DNA of 32,000 bases from Pyrodictium abyssi (GTDB lineage Archaea > Thermoproteota > Thermoprotei_A > Sulfolobales > Pyrodictiaceae). Below the pieces are notes generated by a model. It was not told the origin of the DNA. It was given only the letters and a program-made list of their open reading frames with translations, and did not search any database. A program made the position numbers and the translations under genes. The number at the start of each line of letters is the position of its first letter. Position 1 is the first letter of the stretch. Positions 26,348-32,000 of the stretch are shown one piece after another. Where the stretch lies: positions 1,860,001 to 1,892,000 of the forward strand of contig NZ_AP028907.1 in assembly GCF_036323395.1 (NCBI RefSeq), given 5' to 3'.

Positions 26348-26667
26348 CCTTATACAAACAAGCCCCGGTGGGAGCGAAATAGCCAATAGTATCGAGAACC
26401 AGTGAATGCCGTATACTGGGGCGATGAGGAGCGGTCACGGGACGGACCGCCCTCTGACCAGGGGTGTACGGCGGGCTGGTATGAGGAGCGCAATCCTTGT
26501 CCGAAGCCCCTAGGCAGCAATATAACCGGGACCGATACTCCTTCAGAGATCCTTGTCCAGGTGGATGAGGAGTGCCGAGTTCGCTGAAGCCTCTCGCGGG
26601 CAGTACCGTACCCAGCTGATGAGGCAGTGTGGGCCTTAGAGCCGACACCCCGATAAAAAAGAGAGGG

Positions 26668-27375
26668 CTACTTCCCCTTCACGATACTATATATTATCTT
26701 CTCCACTTCGCTCCGCTCTATCCCGTTGACGGGCGGCCTCTTGCCTGCTGTGCAGCCTGACTCTATGCGTCCTCGGCTACAGTACATGGCTTCGCTTAGC
26801 TGCCCTCTTAGGTCTACTGGAGGCAGTATAGCTGCTGCGCGCAAGTCGCCTTTACGCACGTCCTTGATGTTTGTGACTATAGTGTAGGTGAACACTCCCT
26901 TGGCGCGGGTTATATACAGGTTGTCTGCGTTAGGATGCTTGGCTACGCTGAGGACTTCGACACACTCGATATCCACCGCATAAAGCGGATCGTTGTCGTC
27001 TCCAAGGCTTAGCCTGGCAGGGAGCCCGTACAGCGTCCTTATAGCGTATTTTATCTCTGCTATTGTGCGCCTAGTCTTCTGGTCTATCTGGGTCTTTTCG
27101 AGCCATTCACGTGGCAGCAGCACTGCAGCGAGCTCTCGTGCCAGCTCCTGTAGCCTCTTGGCTAGCTCGCTGTGTGCCAGCATAGTGGGCGGCATAAAGC
27201 TGAATTTTATCTGCATGAGTGCGGAGCGTGTCTGGCTGTGCAGCTCTTGTGCCTTTTTCCAGTTGACCGGTATGGGGAGCTTCTTTGCCTTTATGACTGA
27301 CTCGAGGATGCCTAGAGCGTGTTCGGCTACTAGTATTCTGTAGTCACTACGTGTGTCGCTCATTGGCTTTACCAC
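26668..27375 (-). CDS. Protein with C-terminal tRNA-binding (OB) domain
   Basis: DIECVEVLSVAKHPNADNLYITRAKGVFTYTIVTNIKDVRKGDLRAAAILPPVDLRGQLSEAMYCS resembles the EMAPII/MetRS-beta tRNA-binding domain. Confidence 0.7.
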   Translation of the reverse strand: MVKPMSDTRSDYRILVAEHALGILESVIKAKKLPIPVNWKKAQELHSQTRSALMQIKFSFMPPTMLAHSELAKRLQELARELAAVLLPREWLEKTQIDQKTRRTIAEIKYAIRTLYGLPARLSLGDDNDPLYAVDIECVEVLSVAKHPNADNLYITRAKGVFTYTIVTNIKDVRKGDLRAAAILPPVDLRGQLSEAMYCSRGRIESGCTAGKRPPVNGIERSEVEKIIYSIVKGK

Positions 27376-27390
27376 CCTGCATACTGTTTC

Positions 27391-27735
27391 TCATTCTTCC
27401 ATCTCGGCTAGCCGCTCAAGCGCCAACCGCATCTGCGCATATACTACGGGCTTCTTTTCCGCTATCTTCCGGGCCAGCTCTCCCACATCTCTGGCGAAAC
27501 TGTAGAGCCCATAGGGTGTATAGAATACCTCGCTACAGTGCCACATGTGGGGCTTTAGCGAGCCTTCAGCCACCATCTTGGCGTACACCCAGTCATAGTA
27601 GCTGGCTACTGCTATCAGTATGCCGTCCTCATCCCCACAGTATAGTAGGGAGCATTCTCCGCTACTCTCTACCTCTACTATCTTGCTACATGCTCCAGTC
27701 TTCCTTAGCTCCTCGGCGAGCAGCTCTGTAGACAT
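27391..27735 (-). CDS. Hypothetical protein (114 aa)
   Basis: Intact ORF 16 bp upstream of the tRNA-binding-domain gene on the same strand; codon pattern and composition consistent with coding. Confidence 0.6.
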   Translation of the reverse strand: MSTELLAEELRKTGACSKIVEVESSGECSLLYCGDEDGILIAVASYYDWVYAKMVAEGSLKPHMWHCSEVFYTPYGLYSFARDVGELARKIAEKKPVVYAQMRLALERLAEMEE

Positions 27736-27974
27736 GATTCTCCCTGGTAAAGCAGTTGAAGCCTGGGAGGTCTAAGTCTGTGCCCCAGAAGCATGCTCGC
27801 AAGCAGCGCCATAGAGCACTTGATTCTAGTATGAATTGGTTAATGAGAGCCCAATTCTGGCATGGTGGCGCGGTGTTACAAAGACCGGGGTAGGTGGGCC
27901 CGAACCGCCGAGCCAAGTAGTGGATTGGGGTACCGCGGGGAGGACTAGCGGGTCTGGTACCCCTAACAGTGTTG

Positions 27975-29093
27975 TTAGTATGCTCTTACACTGCATCTGG
28001 CTATGTTGCGTTCGCATAGCTGTAGTGCTGCTTTTAGATACTCTTCACCACGCTTGTACACCTCTAGGAGGTCGATGACGTCCTTTTCTACTAGTTCTAT
28101 TAGTAGCTCTTCTTCTAGCCTTGTTAGGCCCAGCTGCTCTCTACCCACTGCTATGACTTCTATTATCTCTGCAAGGCTGACCGCTGTCTGGTTTATACCT
28201 GCAGCTGAGGCTATCCTCGATGATAGCTTCTCCACTAGACGCCGTGTATTGCTTATCTTCTCGTAGGCCTTACGTACACCAGCCACTATTACTCCTAGCT
28301 CGTCTAGGTCGTTAGCTTGGCTAAGCTTCTCTGCAGACTCGTAGGCTGACACTATGCTTGTGACTACCTGGGATAGCCACCTACAGTAGGGAGCGTCATC
28401 ACCCATATAATCACGGCATACCTGTAGCGCCTCGGATAGGTCGACAAGGCTAGAAGTTAGTGTATCTAGTAGCTGTACTATTTCTGTGAGCCGCATAGCT
28501 ATGGTATCCAGCCGCGCTAGGCTTGTGTCGAGGCTATCAGACTTTACGAGCTTTGATACTAGTATGACGATGTCGTGTATCTTGGCTGTCTCCCTGGCTT
28601 CTAGCTTCCGGGCAGCCTCGTAGACCTGTACTAGCTGGCTGCTTACTGTGTCCCAGCGGGCTGCGATACGCTCTGCGTTCTTAACAAGGTCGCTAGCTAT
28701 CTCAGCTCCGGCTGCGAGGAGCGAGTACACTATGGGCGTTAGTGGCCCACCCGCCTTCATGACTGCTACTAGGAGCTCCATGCTCTTGGCGGATGGGCAT
28801 TCTCCGGCTTCGAGGGGCGACCCTGCAATTCGGTGTGCTAGTGTCTGGAGGGCTTGGCGGCATGCTGTAGTCGATTCCTCGTGCGCCTTGGCGTAGCTGG
28901 AAGCTGCGGTGTAGTCCCGTACCGCTCGCAGGTGATGGAGTATCTCCTGGCGTAGACTCTCGGGAACAGCTTGAAACGCTGTAATGGTTGCTTCTACGTT
29001 CTCGGCTATCTCCTCTAGGGTCTTCTCTATAGCCTGCTGAGAGTTCAGTATCGACTCGTACTCCTGGACAAGCCCTTCAAGGGCCCACGCCAT
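27975..29093 (-). CDS. Helical/coiled-coil protein, partner of the adjacent ATPase
   Basis: 372 aa, nearly all alpha-helical heptad-like sequence; starts 6 bp after the stop of the ATPase gene. Confidence 0.75.
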   Translation of the reverse strand: MAWALEGLVQEYESILNSQQAIEKTLEEIAENVEATITAFQAVPESLRQEILHHLRAVRDYTAASSYAKAHEESTTACRQALQTLAHRIAGSPLEAGECPSAKSMELLVAVMKAGGPLTPIVYSLLAAGAEIASDLVKNAERIAARWDTVSSQLVQVYEAARKLEARETAKIHDIVILVSKLVKSDSLDTSLARLDTIAMRLTEIVQLLDTLTSSLVDLSEALQVCRDYMGDDAPYCRWLSQVVTSIVSAYESAEKLSQANDLDELGVIVAGVRKAYEKISNTRRLVEKLSSRIASAAGINQTAVSLAEIIEVIAVGREQLGLTRLEEELLIELVEKDVIDLLEVYKRGEEYLKAALQLCERNIARCSVRAY

Positions 29094-29099
29094 GGCATA

Positions 29100-31826
29100 T
29101 CACCCTACTACTGCTTCTTCACTAGCCTCTCGGTGGGCGTGTTCAACTGGAGCCTGGGGCGAAATAACACGGTCTATTGCCTCTATTATCTTCTTCTTGA
29201 GTTCCTCTATTCTTGCCCCGCCTTTCTCGGAGAGCGTCCTCAGCTTGTTCACTAGGCCTACCGCCTTGGAGAGATAATGGGCGGCGTCGGTGAGACTGGC
29301 TATACTGGATAGGTCTCTAGCGATGGCCTCCTCCGCCTTCTTGCGGAGATCACTAGGTAGTTCGCCAAGCCCGACTTCAAGGCCTTCGTAGACCCGGTAT
29401 ATGGCTGCAAGCTCCTCAGCAAGTTTTGGCACGACAGCTGTTATCTGTGAGACTGCTATGGCCGCTAGAGCCCCTGCAGACGGGCTGGTTTTTGCTATCC
29501 TCTCTGCCTCTGACATCACAGCCTTCATTTCTTCAGCTATCTTTGCTGCTTCTCCAAGGATTCCTACTCGGGGGATATGCTTGGCATAGGCTGCTAGTCT
29601 TTCCGTCAGCGAGGCAGCCTCAGCTAGGCTTGCCTCAGCCTGGTACTTTTCTAGGCCGAGCAGTACTGCTACTAGCCGCGCTACTCTAGGCCTGCCGGCT
29701 CCACTAGCTCCGCAAGATGGCGAGACGTTGGCAACTAGGGTGTACCCCTTCTCTTCTAGCGTCGTGTAGATCTCCTCGACGCTGCTGAAAGCCTTCGAGA
29801 TCGTCTTTGTTCTTGCAGCTCCTGCTTGCTCAACGCCAGCTATACCGGCGGTCTTCTCTGCAAGTAGACGTGCGCGCTGCTGCAGAGATGCTATTTCTGC
29901 TGCTATCTTCCTCGCTGGCTCGAGACCCGCTTCGCGTATTAGCGCGGCAACTGCGTAGCCTAGCTCACCGTACTCGCGTTCTACTACCTGGGCGCGTGCC
30001 TCTATACTGGATAGTTCCTGGATACTCCTGGATGCCAGCACCTCTATTACGAGGCTGCGTAGAAGATCCGCGTAGAGGTTCACCGTGCGCCTATCGTGCC
30101 CAGAGAGGTTCTCTGGCAGACACCCGGTCGTCGCCACGGAGAAGCCATAGAGCAGCGAGTATACGAAGAGGCTTAGTCTTGGCCCTGCCTCTATCACCAC
30201 GCTGCCAGTTATGTCGGCCACGGCTTCTAGCAGCTTTGGCACTTGCCTTTCCCGGCGCCCCGCGTCGGGTTCGAGTACGAGAATCGCTAGAGGCTCTCCG
30301 GATAGCATCTGGCACGCGAGCTCCTGGGCGTAGGACTGGAGGCTGCGTGCGGGAACCGCTGCTAGCTTTAGCCCGTGCTTTTCGAGCAGCTCATTGAGCC
30401 CTAGGAACTCTGAGAGCCTCGAACTGTACTCGGAGAACTCGCTCAGTGATAGGCTGTTTACCACCTCGACTACCTGGCCTGGTCCGGTCCTCCTGGCACA
30501 GCCTACGAGCGGCGAGCTGCTAGCCATCGGGTATAAGCGCGCCACTATACCGGGTCTTAGCGCTGCTACGGGCTCATCGAATCTCTCCAGGGGTGGGCTC
30601 AGGAGGTCAGGGTTTAGGGACTCGATTAGCTGGGCTGCGTGCGGGTCGTCGCCGTATATCTCACGGGCCACGTCTGCCGCTATAGCGAATAGCTCACGTA
30701 GAGCCTGGGGGTCGTATACGATGAGGCCGTCTCGGCTCCATGCTAGTGCTGTGTGCTCTAGTGCCGAGACTGCATGCTCTACGGAAGAAGCCTGGAACCC
30801 TTTAGCCCGCGCGTAGCGGGTCATCCAGGTCTCTGCTTCTGAGAGGAGGTCCTCTACGCGGACAGCAGTCCTAGAGTATACTACGGCTAGGCTGGCTTCG
30901 GGGAGGACCTCGTAGCCCAGCAGCTTGCCTAGAAGCGAGAGGGGGACCGGCCCCGGGAGGACTGCCAGTAGTGGTACCATCTTCTTGTCCTCTATGAGTC
31001 GGCGAGCCTCCCTGTACCCAGCCTTATCGAATAGCGGCACGCCTTCGACTATCTCACGGGCTAGGGCCTCCTCGCCGAGGAGCACTGTCTCGACATGCTC
31101 TGGCCCCTGTTTGAGAGCAGCAGCAAGCTTGCCGACAACAGTGTCTACGAGCATACGGGCCCAGGCTATACGGCCCTTAGATGCCCACCACACCATGTTG
31201 GCTAGAAGGCTGGATACCTCTGGGAACTCGCCTCCCAGGGCCTCCGAGACCATACGCTCTATCACGGGCTTGGGGAGCAGGGGGAGCGTGAATACACGAC
31301 TACGCCACGCCACTGGACCGAACACTGCTTCCTTCAGTGTCGAGGAGGGGCCGAAGGCGAGCACGACGTATACGCTTGTGCTACGCGTCCTTATAGCCTC
31401 GGCTACACCGCGGAACGGCGAGGTCTCGTACTCCACGATGCCGCGGAGTAGATCATAGCTCTCCTCCACCTCATCCACAAGGATCACTACGACGCCGCTA
31501 ACATTGCCGAGCTTCTCCCTGGCATACTCCTCTAGTATCTTCGGTAGCTCGGACTCGTGTATGCTGCCGTAGCGCTCAACTATGTACTCCACGATGTCGG
31601 CGAGCTCTACGCGGATCGCCTTAGCACCAATACTTTCGACAAACCGCTCCAGGTACCGCAGGAGAGTGGTCTTGCCCGAGCCGTAGGGGGCTACTACCAC
31701 CGGCATCCAGTACTCGGCAGCATTACCCTTCACGTAGCTAGTGATAAGCTCTTCTAGCTCCGTCCTTATCCGGCGATGCTCTTCGCTTAGATCACACCAC
31801 CCGGTCTCGAAGCAGCTGGCCTCCAA
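29100..31826 (-). CDS. Large P-loop (AAA/STAND-like) ATPase with C-terminal coiled coil
   Basis: VVVAPYGSGKTTLLRYLERF (Walker A), VSGVVVILVDEVEESYDLL (Walker B), WWASKGRIAWARMLVD (sensor-2/winged-helix-like); helical C-terminal about 350 aa. Confidence 0.8.
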   Translation of the reverse strand: MEASCFETGWCDLSEEHRRIRTELEELITSYVKGNAAEYWMPVVVAPYGSGKTTLLRYLERFVESIGAKAIRVELADIVEYIVERYGSIHESELPKILEEYAREKLGNVSGVVVILVDEVEESYDLLRGIVEYETSPFRGVAEAIRTRSTSVYVVLAFGPSSTLKEAVFGPVAWRSRVFTLPLLPKPVIERMVSEALGGEFPEVSSLLANMVWWASKGRIAWARMLVDTVVGKLAAALKQGPEHVETVLLGEEALAREIVEGVPLFDKAGYREARRLIEDKKMVPLLAVLPGPVPLSLLGKLLGYEVLPEASLAVVYSRTAVRVEDLLSEAETWMTRYARAKGFQASSVEHAVSALEHTALAWSRDGLIVYDPQALRELFAIAADVAREIYGDDPHAAQLIESLNPDLLSPPLERFDEPVAALRPGIVARLYPMASSSPLVGCARRTGPGQVVEVVNSLSLSEFSEYSSRLSEFLGLNELLEKHGLKLAAVPARSLQSYAQELACQMLSGEPLAILVLEPDAGRRERQVPKLLEAVADITGSVVIEAGPRLSLFVYSLLYGFSVATTGCLPENLSGHDRRTVNLYADLLRSLVIEVLASRSIQELSSIEARAQVVEREYGELGYAVAALIREAGLEPARKIAAEIASLQQRARLLAEKTAGIAGVEQAGAARTKTISKAFSSVEEIYTTLEEKGYTLVANVSPSCGASGAGRPRVARLVAVLLGLEKYQAEASLAEAASLTERLAAYAKHIPRVGILGEAAKIAEEMKAVMSEAERIAKTSPSAGALAAIAVSQITAVVPKLAEELAAIYRVYEGLEVGLGELPSDLRKKAEEAIARDLSSIASLTDAAHYLSKAVGLVNKLRTLSEKGGARIEELKKKIIEAIDRVISPQAPVEHAHREASEEAVVG

Positions 31827-32000
31827 TCAGAGAGTCCCCTTAGCGAGAAATACTCCTAACCGCCAAGCCGGAGTAGTAAAAACCCTCAGACCCATACACT
31901 CCATCCAACCGGGCGTGATGACCCCGCGCCTCCGGAGCCCAGATACGCAAGGCTCCACAGAAGGGGCTGTGAAGAGGGTCTTGAGTGCTGATTACCCCTA

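Noticed and set aside
27736-27974. tRNA or SRP/RNase P RNA in the GC-rich gap
   Set aside because: No cloverleaf T-arm or D-arm and no recognisable conserved SRP/RNase P core sequence.
29426-31757. Several plus-strand ORFs of 60-196 aa antisense to the ATPase gene
   Set aside because: Antisense ORFs in GC-rich coding DNA; their translations are Leu/Arg/Ser-rich with no domain signal, whereas the minus frame has clear Walker motifs.
1-32000. CRISPR arrays, rRNA genes, IS elements
   Set aside because: No regularly spaced direct repeats, no rRNA-like sequence and no transposase/integrase ORFs were recognised in the window.

Overview
This 32 kb window looks like a hyperthermophilic crenarchaeal chromosome, plausibly Desulfurococcales/Pyrodictiaceae (inference from protein style and gene order). 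The left third, on the minus strand, is a conserved informational block: rpsM-rpsD-rpsK-rpoD-rpl18e-rplM-rpsI-rpoN-rpsB. It is followed by a MEMO-family protein, a very divergent mevalonate-kinase-like protein and isopentenyl phosphate kinase. The middle holds six tRNA genes: Phe-GAA, Gly-TCC, Leu-TAA, Leu-GAG, Ser-CGA with an intron, and Val-TAC. Interspersed among them are an orphan HerA-like ATPase, a short TFS-like zinc-ribbon protein, AMP phosphorylase and an aminopropyltransferase. Next come archaeal-type PEP carboxylase, homoserine kinase plus a cystathionine-gamma-synthase-like gene, an HTH protein and a secreted, membrane-anchored Lon-type Ser/Lys protease. The right third holds a metal-uptake ABC locus with a NikR-like regulator, a Cys-phosphatase-like protein and a DUF364-like protein, then a tRNA-binding-domain protein. 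At the far right edge is a tightly coupled pair: a large P-loop ATPase and a coiled-coil protein. No CRISPR array, rRNA gene, transposase or integrase was seen. The best candidates for something under-described are (1) the ATPase/coiled-coil pair at 27975-31826, (2) the metal locus with two perfect palindromic half-sites flanking a shared TATA-like element and an altered NikR-like metal site, and (3) the GHMP-kinase-like protein that lacks the expected ATP-binding motifs. All family calls were made by eye from motifs; no database search was run.
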